NCBI GenBank assembly: GCA_965218795.1
Contig: OZ244653.1
Location: 2,368,001-2,432,000, forward strand
Source of the DNA: a bacterium
GTDB lineage: Bacteria; UBA8248; JACPRG01; G963555815
DNA: 64,000 bases
Direction: 5' to 3'
Shown here: positions 42,231-53,225 of the stretch, one piece after another
How the letters are laid out: each line of letters starts with the position of its first letter
Numbering within the stretch: position 1 is the first letter of the stretch
The notes under the pieces: model-generated
Database searches by the model: none
What the model was told of the DNA's origin: nothing
Seen by the model: the letters and a program-made list of their open reading frames with translations, nothing else
Position numbers and translations under genes: made by a program

Positions 42231-43259
42231 ATGAAGAGATTCCGTTCGATTCAAGGGTTGTTGGCGGTATTGCTGTGCCTTGGATTCGTCATGATGGGTA
42301 TGTCTTTGCCGGGTCGGGTGTCCGCAGCGAAGAAAATCGTCTTCGGGTTCGATTGGGTGCCTTACGGCAAGTACGTGGGATATTACGCCGCCCGGGAGAA
42401 GGGCTTTTACAAGAAGGCCGGATTTGACTTGACGTTTCAGCGGGGTTACGGGGGAGCCAGCACGCAGGTTGGCAATGAGAAGCAGGATTACGGGATCGAA
42501 AGCGTCGGCGGTATCATCATCGCGCGCGACAAGAAGGTGCCGATCAAACTGGTCTCCATGTGGCATGAGCGCCTGATGATGAACGTGGTTGTTCTCAAGA
42601 GTTCGGGGATTAAGACCGTGAAGGACCTGGAGGGGAAGAAGCTCGGTGTCACGATCGGAGACGCCATACACCGAAACTGGCCGCTCTTCACCGAGGCTGT
42701 CGGCCTGAAGAAGTGGAACCTCGTCTCCATGCGGCCCGCGGCCAAGAACCCCAGCCTTCTGTCCAAAACAGTGGACGGGATTCTCACCTATGCCACAGTG
42801 ACCCTGGCGCTGAGGGTCATGGCGAAGAAGCGGGGCGACGGCGTGAAAGAGTTCCTCCTGGGAGATTATGGAGTGAATGTGGCCCAGGACGGCATTATCG
42901 CCCATGACAAGCGAATCGCGGAAAACCCCGATGAGGTGAGACGCTTGGTCGCCGCGAGTCTCAAGGGCAACGCCTGGGCCATTGAAAATCCGAAAGAGGG
43001 GGTAAGCATCTTCCAGAAGCACATCCCGGATCAAAGCCCGAAGATGACGGCGCTTTTCTGGGACCTCAGCAGCCGCTACCAAGTTTGGGGGAACCTGAAG
43101 AAGCATGGGCTGGGATACATCGACCGAGGCATCATGGAGTCCACCCAGAAAGCGATTGCCAAGGTGTATGGGATGAAGAATCCTCCGGCGTTGGATGATC
43201 TCTACACGTCCAGGATGCTTCCGAAGGGACTGCCCAAGCCGAAGCTGCCCGCAATGTAA
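42231..43259 (+). CDS. ABC transporter substrate-binding protein, NMT1/THI5 family
   Basis: Signal peptide; FDWVPYGKYVGYYAAREKGFYKKAGFDLTFQRGYG; KDLEGKKLG. Confidence 0.9.
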   Translation: MKRFRSIQGLLAVLLCLGFVMMGMSLPGRVSAAKKIVFGFDWVPYGKYVGYYAAREKGFYKKAGFDLTFQRGYGGASTQVGNEKQDYGIESVGGIIIARDKKVPIKLVSMWHERLMMNVVVLKSSGIKTVKDLEGKKLGVTIGDAIHRNWPLFTEAVGLKKWNLVSMRPAAKNPSLLSKTVDGILTYATVTLALRVMAKKRGDGVKEFLLGDYGVNVAQDGIIAHDKRIAENPDEVRRLVAASLKGNAWAIENPKEGVSIFQKHIPDQSPKMTALFWDLSSRYQVWGNLKKHGLGYIDRGIMESTQKAIAKVYGMKNPPALDDLYTSRMLPKGLPKPKLPAM

Positions 43260-43538
43260 GAAATCGGCTTCATTTCATGGCCTCGCGGCCTTGGGGTCAC
43301 CCCCCCCCGACTCCGGGCCGCGAGTGTTCCCTGAATTCTTTCAGGCCGGAGTCAACTGAATCCCGCTTCCCGGTCATGCGTCCGCCTTCCTGTTTTCAAT
43401 TTCCAGAGACTGGAATCCAAATGCCGGCGTATATTTGAACGACAGCCATCGCCCAAGAGAAAGGACACGGCCCTTGAAGACGTCCTCCGAGGAGGGGGGG
43501 AAGGTCCACAGCCAAAAAGGTGACGGGAGACATGAAAC

Positions 43539-44477
43539 ATGGCAACTCATGAAGTCTTCGCCAATCCCGAGACAGTCCACTGGGGCTATTTCGATTATCG
43601 GCTGGAGCCGATCCTGACCATCGATTCGGGAGATCAGGTGATCGTTCATACGCTCTCCGGGCATCCCATGTGTATGCCGGAGGACCCGTCCCGTTATCCG
43701 GAAGAGCTGACCGCCATCCATCAGACCTCCCGAAAGGGGGCGGGACCGCATATTCTTCTCGGGCCGATTCACGTGGAAGGGGCGGAACCCGGGGATACGC
43801 TGGAAGTTTTGATCGAGGCAATCAAACCCCGCTGCGACTGGGGGTACAACCTCATCCTGCCGCTCAACGGGGCGCTGCCGGAGGATTATCCGAAGGTCAG
43901 TGGCCGGGTGATCGACCTGAACCTCGAGGAGGGAACCGCCGAAGTCGTGCCGGGCTGGAATATCCCCCTCTCGCCCTTCTTCGGGGTCCTGGGCGTCTGC
44001 CCGCCGGAGGAATTGGGGGAGATTCCCAGTAACCCCCCCTACGTTCACGGCGGTAACATGGACAACAAGGAGCTCACGACCGGCTCCAAGGTCTACCTGC
44101 CTGTATGGAAGCGGGGCGCGGGCTTCTCGGTCGGCGATGGCCACAGCGCGCAGGGAGACGGGGAGGTCAATCTCACGGCCATTGAGAGCCCCATGGAGGC
44201 CACGCTCCGGCTGACCGTCCGGAAGGATCTGAGACTGCGGTGGCCCCGCGCGGAATCGCCGACGCACCACATCACGATGGGTTTCAATACCGATCTGGAC
44301 GACGCGGCAAAACAGGCGTTGAGGGAGATGATTGACTTTCTTCACGAAAATTACGGACTGAATCGGGACGACGCGTACGTCTTCTGCAGTACCGCCGTTG
44401 ACTTGCACGTCACGCAGCTGGTTAACGGCCACAAGGGGATCCACGCCATGGCGGCCAAAGATCTTCTTCCGAATTGA
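43539..44477 (+). CDS. Acetamidase/formamidase family protein
   Basis: GPHILLGPIHVEGAEPGDTLEV; HGGNMDNKEL; GDGHSAQGDGEV..AIE. Confidence 0.92.
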   Translation: MATHEVFANPETVHWGYFDYRLEPILTIDSGDQVIVHTLSGHPMCMPEDPSRYPEELTAIHQTSRKGAGPHILLGPIHVEGAEPGDTLEVLIEAIKPRCDWGYNLILPLNGALPEDYPKVSGRVIDLNLEEGTAEVVPGWNIPLSPFFGVLGVCPPEELGEIPSNPPYVHGGNMDNKELTTGSKVYLPVWKRGAGFSVGDGHSAQGDGEVNLTAIESPMEATLRLTVRKDLRLRWPRAESPTHHITMGFNTDLDDAAKQALREMIDFLHENYGLNRDDAYVFCSTAVDLHVTQLVNGHKGIHAMAAKDLLPN

Positions 44478-44500
44478 TTGAGGAAGCAGGAGGTGGCTGA

Positions 44501-45006
44501 ATGTCGCAGGAAAAGGGAAGGGCTTTGAGGGTTGAAGAGAGACTTCGCGAACTCGGCCTCCCCCTTCCTGGACCGCTCCGGATTCCCCCGGACATGAAGC
44601 TTCCTTTTTCCTGGGTGAGGGTCCACGGAAACCGGGCGTATATCTCAGGTCATGGGCCTCAACATCCGGACGGCTCCATTGCGAGTCTTTTGGGAAAGTT
44701 GGGAGAGGACCTGTCGGTTGAGCAGGGTTACGAGGCGGCGCGGCTGACCGCGCTCTCGATGCTGGGAAGTCTCCAGCGCGAATTGGGTGACCTGGATCGC
44801 GTTGCGGCATGGCTCAGGGTCCACGGGATGGTGAACTCGGGCCCCGGCTTTGATCGGCAACCCGCGGTCATCAACGGTTTTTCCGATCTGATCCTGGAGC
44901 TATACGGACCTGAACGGGGGGCGCACGCCCGATCGGCGGTGGGCATGGCAGGGCTGCCGATGGGCATTCCGGCGAGATCGAAGCCGAAGTGGAGATCGCC
45001 GTCTAG
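44501..45006 (+). CDS. RidA/YjgF-like (Atu1372 type) protein with an apparent 1-nt frameshift near the end
   Basis: VEERLRELGLPLP..AYISGHGP..VINGFSDLILELYG..HARSAVG; the alternative frame gives EIEAEVEIAV*. Confidence 0.85.
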
Positions 45007-45047
45007 CCTGATTCGCCGTCCCCGAGATTTGAAGCGTGAGGTCCGGT

Positions 45048-47204
45048 TCAGGGCCTCACGCTGACCTCGTCGTAAAGCAGCGGGTCGTCGGGCAGGGCGA
45101 CCTCCACGTCCAGCAGTTGCCCCGTTCTCGGGCACATGAAGAGCCGCAACTCGAACCGGCCGGTGATCGAGCGGCGCGGACCGGCATCGGACAGCGGCGC
45201 CTTGGCCAAGGCGCAGTGGTCCTTCCAGTTCCGTTCGATCAGACAAAGAACGGCGCCGCTCTTTGTGCATTGAACGTACGTCCCGCCTTCGGCCCCCCGA
45301 ACCGCCCGGATCTCCTCACTCAGATTGTAGACAGGCGCATCTTCGGGGATATCGATGGACAGACCTTGACCGTTGACCATGGCCGCTTTCAGCCGGGTCT
45401 CCCGCACCTCCGCCCTGCGGCGTTCCGTGGCCTCCAGGTCGACTCGGAAATCGTCCGAGAGGGCAACGCCATAGGCTCTCTCCGCCCATTTTCGCGAGAC
45501 CAGATCGTTCATGACGTCGACGCGCACCCGTTCCGGATCCCTTTCCAGGGGGTCGCCGTATCCGCCCCCGCCGCCGAAACACCCGTGGAGCATCTCGCCC
45601 GCTTTGAGCTCGTACATCCCCCAGGCCACGGGCGTCCTTTGGCCGTCGAGGGTCTCCCTGTCCCTGGGGAAACCCTCATTGTTCAGGGTTTCATACACGT
45701 CCTGTCCTTGAACCAGGCCGAAGTCCGTATTGTTGCCTGGAAGCCCGCCGTTGAACCCGAGGCAGCGGGTGAATTCCGTCCCGGTGCAGTACAGGACGAG
45801 GTTGACCCGATCGTCCTTTGCGCCGTGGGCGGTGATACCGTACTCGGCCGTCATCCCGCCGCGGAAGCGGCCCGGTCCCGCCGAGTCCTTCTGGAATCGG
45901 TGAAAGGTGTAGAGGATAGGGAGATTGAGCTCTTCAAACTCGATGTTGGGCGTCCTGTTGACCGGGTTCGGAATGCAGCCGGCGTAATCCACACCGTCGG
46001 CGAAGGTGCGTGCGCCCCCGCAGCCGCCGAGATTCTGTGTGATCGTCGATACGACGAGACGGTCGCCCTTGTAGCCCGATACGGTGGTCGGCGTCTGGGC
46101 CCCCTGCCATACGCAGGTCGCTTCTTTCCGATAAGCGTCGCTCGCGACGAGCATCTTGGAGATCGACTCCAGCGCGACGGCGTTGATCAGTCCGATACCG
46201 GTCAGTGTAGCGAGACAATTGGGCGCTGGACGGGTGCAGTTGACCAGGCTCCCTTCCGGCACATGCATCGTCACCGGCTTCATCATCCCGTCATTCCACA
46301 GGATGTCGTATCCGAGGAGCGGGAAGAGGGGCGCCAGGATGCCGCCGTAGCTTCCCCAATAGGCCGAGTTGAACGGGACGGGTGCCTGGGGACTGGTCCC
46401 CGTGAAGTCGAAATGGACCCCTTCGCCCTCTTTGGTCATGGCGAGTAGGACGGTGTAGATCGATCCCTCGGCCTCGATGTAGTGACGGGTTCGCCAGGTG
46501 CCGTCCGGCAACTCGCCGAGCCGCTTGCGGAGAAGGCCTTCGGACTCGTCGATCAGCCCCTGAGAGACCGTGTCGACCGTCTCCTGGCCGTACTTGTCGA
46601 ACAACTCCGTGAGGCGCTCCTTGACCGTCGTGTTGGCGGCGATTTGGGAGCGGAGGTCGAGAGCGACGGTGTCGGGTACCCGGACCATGTTGAGCAGTGT
46701 GCACCACACGTCCTTCCGGATGACGCCGCGATCCACGACCTTGATGCCCGGGCACATGATGCCTTCGTGATAGATCTCTCGCGAGTGGGGCGCGAAGCCG
46801 CCTGGATTGATGGCGCCGATATCCCGAAGGTGGACGAAGTTGGCGCTCCAGGCCACCAGATTGTCCCGATAGAAAATGGGGGAGACGACGTAGGCGTCCG
46901 AGCTGTGGAGCGCGGCGACGTAGGGGTCGTTGATCATGAAGACGTCGCCGTCATGGATTCCGGGGTTGTCCGCATACTCCCGCAGGATATGGCGGCAGGC
47001 CTCGCCGGCCCCGGGGAGGGCGTGCAGGTAGCCCATCACGGCCATCAGGAGGCTGCCGTCCGCCCGGTATAAGCCCACGAGAAGGTCGTGCCCCTCGGTG
47101 GTGGACGAAGACCCGGAGATGTGTTTCAGGGTAATCACCGCCTCGTCGACGATGCGCATGAGCTTGTGGCGGATGATCTCGAACGTAAAGGGGTCCACCA
47201 TCAT
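45048..47204 (-). CDS. Hydantoinase B/oxoprolinase subunit fused to an acetone-carboxylase-gamma-like domain
   Basis: GDVFMINDPY..HSSD..HLRDIG..GPGRFRGG..GGGGYGDPLERDPERV; C-terminal VQCTKSG..NWKD..FMCPRTGQLLDVE. Confidence 0.9.
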   Translation of the reverse strand: MMVDPFTFEIIRHKLMRIVDEAVITLKHISGSSSTTEGHDLLVGLYRADGSLLMAVMGYLHALPGAGEACRHILREYADNPGIHDGDVFMINDPYVAALHSSDAYVVSPIFYRDNLVAWSANFVHLRDIGAINPGGFAPHSREIYHEGIMCPGIKVVDRGVIRKDVWCTLLNMVRVPDTVALDLRSQIAANTTVKERLTELFDKYGQETVDTVSQGLIDESEGLLRKRLGELPDGTWRTRHYIEAEGSIYTVLLAMTKEGEGVHFDFTGTSPQAPVPFNSAYWGSYGGILAPLFPLLGYDILWNDGMMKPVTMHVPEGSLVNCTRPAPNCLATLTGIGLINAVALESISKMLVASDAYRKEATCVWQGAQTPTTVSGYKGDRLVVSTITQNLGGCGGARTFADGVDYAGCIPNPVNRTPNIEFEELNLPILYTFHRFQKDSAGPGRFRGGMTAEYGITAHGAKDDRVNLVLYCTGTEFTRCLGFNGGLPGNNTDFGLVQGQDVYETLNNEGFPRDRETLDGQRTPVAWGMYELKAGEMLHGCFGGGGGYGDPLERDPERVRVDVMNDLVSRKWAERAYGVALSDDFRVDLEATERRRAEVRETRLKAAMVNGQGLSIDIPEDAPVYNLSEEIRAVRGAEGGTYVQCTKSGAVLCLIERNWKDHCALAKAPLSDAGPRRSITGRFELRLFMCPRTGQLLDVEVALPDDPLLYDEVSVRP

Positions 47205-49303
47205 GTTTCCCTCTCCCGTAACGGGATGATCACGTTCTTATAGGCGTCGAGCGAAGCCCTCTGACCGGGCTGGACCACGATGGTCGTCACCGGGGTCACG
47301 ATGATGGCCGGACCCATCACCTCATGTCCGTGTGTCAGGAGGTCGTACCGGTACACGCCGGTGTCCTCTTTCGCCCCGTCGAAGAATACGGGGCGGCGGT
47401 GGATCAACGCCTGTTCGGGGTCCGCTCCGGTTTCTTCATGCGTTCTGAGCTCGGATTTGGGCAGCCGGCCGACCGCGCGTAACTGAAAGCTGATGATTTC
47501 CATTCCCGCCTCTTTGTAAGCGGACCCCTTGCCGTGCTTGCGCTCGTAAAGTTCTGCGAACTCCGCGTAAACCTTCTCCAAGACCTCCTCCGTGATCCTC
47601 CCCCGAGGCACCGGCGTAATGACCTCGTGCATCTGGAGACGGAATCGCAATCCGACCGTCCGGTGGAACTCGATGCTCTCTTGGGTGAACCCTTCCCGCC
47701 CCATTTCCTCGCGGGCTGATTCCTCCAGATCGGCATAGACCCGGTTGACTTCATCCAGGTCGGGCGGGACGGGCATGTGCTTCGTCACGGGGTATTCATG
47801 GGTGACGTTGGCCGTGACGATTCCGAAGGCCCCGTTGACCGAAGCCGTCGCGGGTACGATGATTTTCTCGACCTCCAGTTCCGGGGAGAAGGCCCCTGCG
47901 TGAATGGACGCCGCGCCCCCATACGAGAAGAGGACATAATCCCTTGGGTCCAGCCCCCGCTCCACGGTGACCTTGCGGACCAGATCGGCCATCTGGGCGT
48001 TGACCAGCCGATAGACCGAAGAGGCCGCCTCTTCCACGCCCATCCCCAGCGGGTCGGCCACCTTTTGACGGAAGAGGTCCTCGGTTTTCTTCCGGTTGAG
48101 ACGCATCCTGCCGCCGAGGAAGTAGTCGGGCTCGAGGTACCCGAGGATAAGATTGACGTCCGTCAGGGTGGGCTCTTCGCCGCCCAGGTCGTAACAGATC
48201 GGGCCCGGGGAAGCGCCGGCGCTCTGCGGCCCGATTCGGGGAAGGTTCGTCCGCGGCTCAACCCAAATGATACTCCCCCCTCCCGCCCCGATGGAGACAA
48301 TGTCGATCTTGGGGATCAGCGAGTGGTACCGGAGGATGGTCGATTCCCAGGCGTATTCATACCGTCCGTCCGTGAGCACGCCCACCTTGAAGCTCGTGCC
48401 ACCGAGATCGCACCCGATGATGTTGGGGCACCCGAGCAGGTTTCCGGCGAACTGGCTCCCGATGACCCCGCCGGCCGGACCCGACTCGATGAGGCTGACC
48501 GACCGGTCCGCGGCCTTGGGGATGGGGAGGAGCCCCCCGTACCCCTGCATGATCAAGGCGTGCCCCTTGAACCCGAGCGCTGCGATCCGTTCCTCCAGGC
48601 CGAGGAGAGATTTCCGAATTTCCGGCGCCAACGTAGCGTTTAACGCAACGGTCGACGTCCGCTCGTACTCGCCAATCCGCGGGGCAATCTCGGAGGACAG
48701 GGTGACGGGGACGTCCGGGTAGCGTTCGCGAATGACGGCCGCGGCCCGGGTCTCGTTCTCCGGATTGCGGAAGGACCAGAGGAAGCACACGCCGATGGAT
48801 TCGGCGCCCTGATCCAGCAGGGATTTCATGGCAGCGCCGACGTCCTCTTCATCGACGGGGACGATGATGCGGCCCCAGCTGTCGCTTCGCTCTCGGACCC
48901 CCCGGGTCCACTTCCGGGGAACGAGCGGCGGGGGCTTGTCCGTCATGACCGGGTGCATGATCTCCTCGTCCGAAAGCCCGGCCCAGCGCCCGTATCCCCC
49001 TCGGGTGAGGACGAGGGTGTCCTCGAACCCGCGCGTCATCAGAAGCCCAACCTTTGCCAGCTTTCTATTGATGAGAGCGTTTTCAGCGGCCGTTGTTCCC
49101 AGCAGGAAGGCGTCCGCCTCCGCCATGAGATCTTCCAGGGCGAGACCGAGGTTTTCGGCCGCGGTCTGAACGCTGTTCAACGCGCCGACCGAGAAATCCT
49201 GGGGCGTGGAGAGGGCCTTGCCCTGCGTAATCGATCCGTCGGACTGAAGGAGGACCGTGTCCGTAAACGTCCCTCCCACATCAACACCGATGATGTAGGT
49301 CAT
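47201..49303 (-). CDS. Hydantoinase A/oxoprolinase ATP-binding subunit
   Basis: GVDVGGTFTD; EYERTST; ESGPAGG; DLGGTS; IGAGGGS; GPQSAGASPGP; SYGGA. Confidence 0.95.
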   Translation of the reverse strand: MTYIIGVDVGGTFTDTVLLQSDGSITQGKALSTPQDFSVGALNSVQTAAENLGLALEDLMAEADAFLLGTTAAENALINRKLAKVGLLMTRGFEDTLVLTRGGYGRWAGLSDEEIMHPVMTDKPPPLVPRKWTRGVRERSDSWGRIIVPVDEEDVGAAMKSLLDQGAESIGVCFLWSFRNPENETRAAAVIRERYPDVPVTLSSEIAPRIGEYERTSTVALNATLAPEIRKSLLGLEERIAALGFKGHALIMQGYGGLLPIPKAADRSVSLIESGPAGGVIGSQFAGNLLGCPNIIGCDLGGTSFKVGVLTDGRYEYAWESTILRYHSLIPKIDIVSIGAGGGSIIWVEPRTNLPRIGPQSAGASPGPICYDLGGEEPTLTDVNLILGYLEPDYFLGGRMRLNRKKTEDLFRQKVADPLGMGVEEAASSVYRLVNAQMADLVRKVTVERGLDPRDYVLFSYGGAASIHAGAFSPELEVEKIIVPATASVNGAFGIVTANVTHEYPVTKHMPVPPDLDEVNRVYADLEESAREEMGREGFTQESIEFHRTVGLRFRLQMHEVITPVPRGRITEEVLEKVYAEFAELYERKHGKGSAYKEAGMEIISFQLRAVGRLPKSELRTHEETGADPEQALIHRRPVFFDGAKEDTGVYRYDLLTHGHEVMGPAIIVTPVTTIVVQPGQRASLDAYKNVIIPLRERET

Positions 49304-49412
49304 ACCTTCCTCACAATGCCCGTTAACCCGATTTCAAAATAAGTGAATCACGGCAGTCAGCGAACGACCACCCCCGTCCTTGCCCGCGACCTCGCAGACG
49401 GCCCGGAAATCC

Positions 49413-50078
49413 TTACGAGGCCTGGGTCGCCGCTGTTTTGCCGGCGAGCTTTCGGGCGACCTCTTCCAAGTGGGTCACCACGCCGAAATAGATGTGCACA
49501 TTCTTCAGCATCGACTCATGAAGGTCCGGGAAGCTGCCCGCCACGCAGTCCTTGGGGACGACAATGTCGAAGTCATGAAAGTATCCCTCTCGGATGGTGG
49601 ATTCCACGCAGTAGTTCGAATTCACGCCGGAGATGACGAGCATTTGGATGCCCAGCATTTTCAGCTTGGTCGCCAGGTTCGTATCGAAAAAGCAGGAAGC
49701 GCGGTGTTTGAAAAGAATGTGGTCATCGTCGCGGAAATGCGGCTTCAGATCCTCCTGGATGTTCAACTCATTGGTTCCCCGCGAGGCGACGAAGATGTTC
49801 CGCTTTTCGAGATGGTTGGGGATCTTGTGCTTCAGGCGGGTCTTGTCGTCGCGGATGTGTTCCTGGATGGACCAGATGATGGGCATGCCCGTTTCACGGC
49901 AGGCATCCACGAGCCCCGCCACATTCGGAATGATGGCCCGCTGATTCTTGTTGAGGCCGGCCTTGCCGAAAGTTCCGTCCGGATCCAAAAATCCGCTCTG
50001 CATATCGATCACCAACAGCGCGGTATCAGACGGGTCAATGTCCCATTCGAATTCAATGACCCTGTATTCGTCGACCAT
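49413..50078 (-). CDS. Isochorismatase-family cysteine hydrolase
   Basis: TALLVIDMQ; KHRASCF; GVNSNYCVESTIR (D-K-C triad). Confidence 0.92.
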   Translation of the reverse strand: MVDEYRVIEFEWDIDPSDTALLVIDMQSGFLDPDGTFGKAGLNKNQRAIIPNVAGLVDACRETGMPIIWSIQEHIRDDKTRLKHKIPNHLEKRNIFVASRGTNELNIQEDLKPHFRDDDHILFKHRASCFFDTNLATKLKMLGIQMLVISGVNSNYCVESTIREGYFHDFDIVVPKDCVAGSFPDLHESMLKNVHIYFGVVTHLEEVARKLAGKTAATQAS

Positions 50079-50234
50079 GAAGTTCCCTCCTCTTCCCGAG
50101 GTGACAGACGGACCGCACCGCCGTTTCGGAGTTCTTCCGGTGCGCATTTTGCCTTTGGTGATATGCCTGAATGGTTCTCTTCAGCATACCCATTGTACTG
50201 AATGTCCCTTCGCGGGGCGACGGAGAAGGAGGGG

Positions 50235-51535
50235 TCAATACTTCATATAGAATCCCGACAGGATCGCCCATGCGCCGCCGCTTTTCAATGGATATTCGTC
50301 CGCGGCCGTGGTGATCGGCCGGTCGATATCGAACAGGAAGCCGTTCAGGGACAGGCGAATCGCTGGGACCGGGCGGTAGGTAAGGCCCACCCCGAAGGTG
50401 TCGAGCGTCTGGCCCGGGATACCGGCGGACGTGGCGGCTCCGTTGTCGAAGTCCATGTCGATGGATTCGTAGCGGACGGCAAACTCCAGGCCGTTGGAAG
50501 TCCGCGGGCCTTTCAGCAGATATCCCGCCTGCAGGGAGTAACCGTTGCGGATCAAGTCGGAGTTCCCCCTGCCGAGAACCGGGCCCGCGCGTTCCTGGCG
50601 CTCGTAGATGAACTCGGCCAGGGCCGAGAACGGGAGCCGGGGATAATCGCGATAGTCCTTGTTGAAGAAGAGGTCGCTCCCGTAACGGGTCCGGAGCCCT
50701 TCGGTGGCCGTGTTGAAGACCGTCTGGCGGTTGTCTCGAAGGAAAAGTCTCGTTCGGCCGCCGAGGGGATTGTGGGGCTGTCTTCCAACGGAGACGTTTC
50801 CCCCGACGAACAGGGGCCATCGGTTTTGTGTTGCGATCAGACGAAAGGGCCTTCCCGTAATGCGAAGGGTGAAGTCCTTCTCGCTGTTGTTGTCGCTCTC
50901 GGTGCCGGTCCCGTTCGTGATGCTCCCCCTCAATCGGACGGCGGGGTGGGGATCGCTGAAGAAGTACACACCGCGGGAGGTGCTCTCGCGCAAGTTGTCT
51001 CCAATCATGGAGCTCTCCAGGAGGAACATGTTGAACCGGCTCCATAGGGCTTCGGCCCCGAATGGCGTGTCGTTTTGCCCCAGTCGCAAGCGAAACGCCC
51101 TGTATCGCTCCCAGCCCAGGTACGTGCTGGAGGGGATGAGGTCGTCGCCGGTTCCCTCCAGAGTCAGGCGGTAGGTGAATTGCCCGAAGGTGCGCCCGCG
51201 AAAGGTGACGCGTCCGAGTCTTCGGGGAAGAGGCTTTGCTGGGTGAAGAGTGCCCCCCCAATGCGGAGCTCATGCTGTTTGTCCTTCGAGGTGATTCGGA
51301 GGCCTCTCTTGTATTGAATTTCGAAAGAAGGTTCCTGTGAAGCGGCGGGCTTGTGAACGGCCGCTTCCCGGCGCTTCTTTCTTTTCAGGCGCTCGTACTC
51401 CTGTTCGGTCAGGATCCCCTTTTTCTTCAGGATGTCCAGGAGACTGTCGGCGTCTGAGGACTTCGGGGAAGGGAAGCCGACCGCCCAAAACCCGATGGCC
51501 AAGAGAAGGATGAACCCTATGCGGGAGGATTTCAC
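50235..51535 (-). pseudogene. Phosphate-selective porin O/P-like outer-membrane protein, frameshifted
   Basis: Signal peptide plus LLDILKKKGILTEQEYERLK; later RLGQ..PFGAE; beta strands ending in Y; frame breaks at ~51090-51200. Confidence 0.7.
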
Positions 51536-51844
51536 ATCGATTCCCCGACGCGTTTCAGATTGGTCTACAGTTCAAAACATTCCGGTTCGATGAATTGATG
51601 AGAGGGCCTTTCTTCATCACCCTCGCCATTTTGACTCAATCGCAGGTTTCATGCCAGCGGTCCGGGTTGTGGATGAAATCCGGCCGTACGATCCTCCGTT
51701 TCCTCATCCACGTTCTACGTTCCCCCGTGAATGGAGGATTCGAGGCCGATGGAACCACGCGCCTCGGTTGAAGGCTTGGTTCCGATTGGGTAGGGTTGGG
51801 TGGTTCTTCAACTCCCAAAGAGCGGGTTCCGGGAGATATCATGA

Positions 51845-52876
51845 ATGAACGTTGTTAGGTTTTCACTGACCTTCGGCTCGGTGTTCCTGGTGCTCTTCCT
51901 TCTTTGGTACCTGAGCGGCCTGCTGATTCCTTTCGTCGTTGCCGTCTTGATCTGGTACCTGATCAACGCCCTGGCGAGTACGTATGGCCGAATCTCAATC
52001 AGGGAATGGCGGCCGCCTGAGTTTCTTGCGCTGCTGGCGGCCATCCTCTCGGTCCTCGTGGGATTGTTCTTCCTGTTCCAGTTGGTCAGCGCGAACGTCA
52101 CGGCCGTGACGAAGGCCGCGCCTTTGTATGGGCAAAACCTGGAAAAACTGGTGGAGAGGTGGACGGGAACGGTCGGGCTGGAGATGGCGCCGAACGTCAC
52201 CGAGATTTTCAACCAGATCGACATCGGGGCGCTCATTCGCGGGGTTGCGGGGACATTGACCGGGATTGCGGGCAAGACTGGATTGATCCTGATTTATCTG
52301 CTGTTCCTGTTTCTCGAGCAAAAAAGCTTTCGGCCGAAGCTGGCCGCGTTGTTTCCCGACGACGAGCGTAAGGCAATCGTCCAGCGGACCATCGCCCGCA
52401 TCATGACGAGCATTCAGAGCTACATTTTCATCAAGACGCTGATGAGTCTTCTGACCGGAGGTCTAAGCTTCGTCATCCTTGGCCTGGTCGGGCTGGATTT
52501 TGCCGTCTTTTGGGGTTTTGTAGCCTTCCTGTTGAACTACATCCCCACCATCGGCTCGGTGGTCGCCGTCATCCTGCCTGCACTCTTGGCCGTGTTGCAG
52601 TTCAACGTCCCGACTCCTCCGATCGTGATTCTGGTCAGTTTGGGCATTGTACAGTTCTGCGTCGGCAACCTGCTGGAACCCAGGCTCCATGGCGAGAGCC
52701 TGAACCTGAGCCCGCTGGTGGTGCTGTTGTCCCTGGCGCTCTGGGGAACCATATGGGGCGTTGTGGGCATGTTTCTCAGTGTGCCCATCACGGTGACCAT
52801 CTTGATCATCTGCTCAGAGTTCAGCCGCACCAGGCCGCTGGCGATTATCCTTTCCCAGAGCGGGAAAATCGACTGA
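51845..52876 (+). CDS. AI-2E family transporter
   Basis: YIFIKTLMSLLTG..FLLNYIPTIGS..GNLLEPRLHGESLNLSPLVVLLSL..WG..GMFLSVP. Confidence 0.93.
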   Translation: MNVVRFSLTFGSVFLVLFLLWYLSGLLIPFVVAVLIWYLINALASTYGRISIREWRPPEFLALLAAILSVLVGLFFLFQLVSANVTAVTKAAPLYGQNLEKLVERWTGTVGLEMAPNVTEIFNQIDIGALIRGVAGTLTGIAGKTGLILIYLLFLFLEQKSFRPKLAALFPDDERKAIVQRTIARIMTSIQSYIFIKTLMSLLTGGLSFVILGLVGLDFAVFWGFVAFLLNYIPTIGSVVAVILPALLAVLQFNVPTPPIVILVSLGIVQFCVGNLLEPRLHGESLNLSPLVVLLSLALWGTIWGVVGMFLSVPITVTILIICSEFSRTRPLAIILSQSGKID

Positions 52877-53225
52877 GCGGGAATCGAAATCTCGGGGAAG
52901 TTCCCCGAATCTTTCATCACCCGAGTTCCCCGGGCCAGGAGTGGAGACCAACACCCCCTTGGAAGAACGGAAGAGCGGAGCCGGGGAGAGGGGCCGTTGA
53001 ACGGCTACCGGTTGGCCGCCGCCCCCGAAAGGTACTCCGAACGGGGCCGGGAGTACGTAAGACCCTGCGGGAAATCATTCGCGTGAACCGCCTCGAACGG
53101 CTCCACGGGGTCCGTCTGTGCGAGTGCCGTCTCGTCCGGCTGGCTTCACGATAAGGTGCGCACTGGCTATTTGGGAAGCTGTCTGTCCGAAAAATTGAAA
53201 ACGATTCCAGCGGAGGGTCGCGAAG

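Noticed and set aside
51540-51845. Riboswitch in long intergenic regions (also 61375-61645 and 63000-63220)
   Set aside because: No recognisable TPP, cobalamin, SAM, c-di-GMP or Moco consensus by eye.
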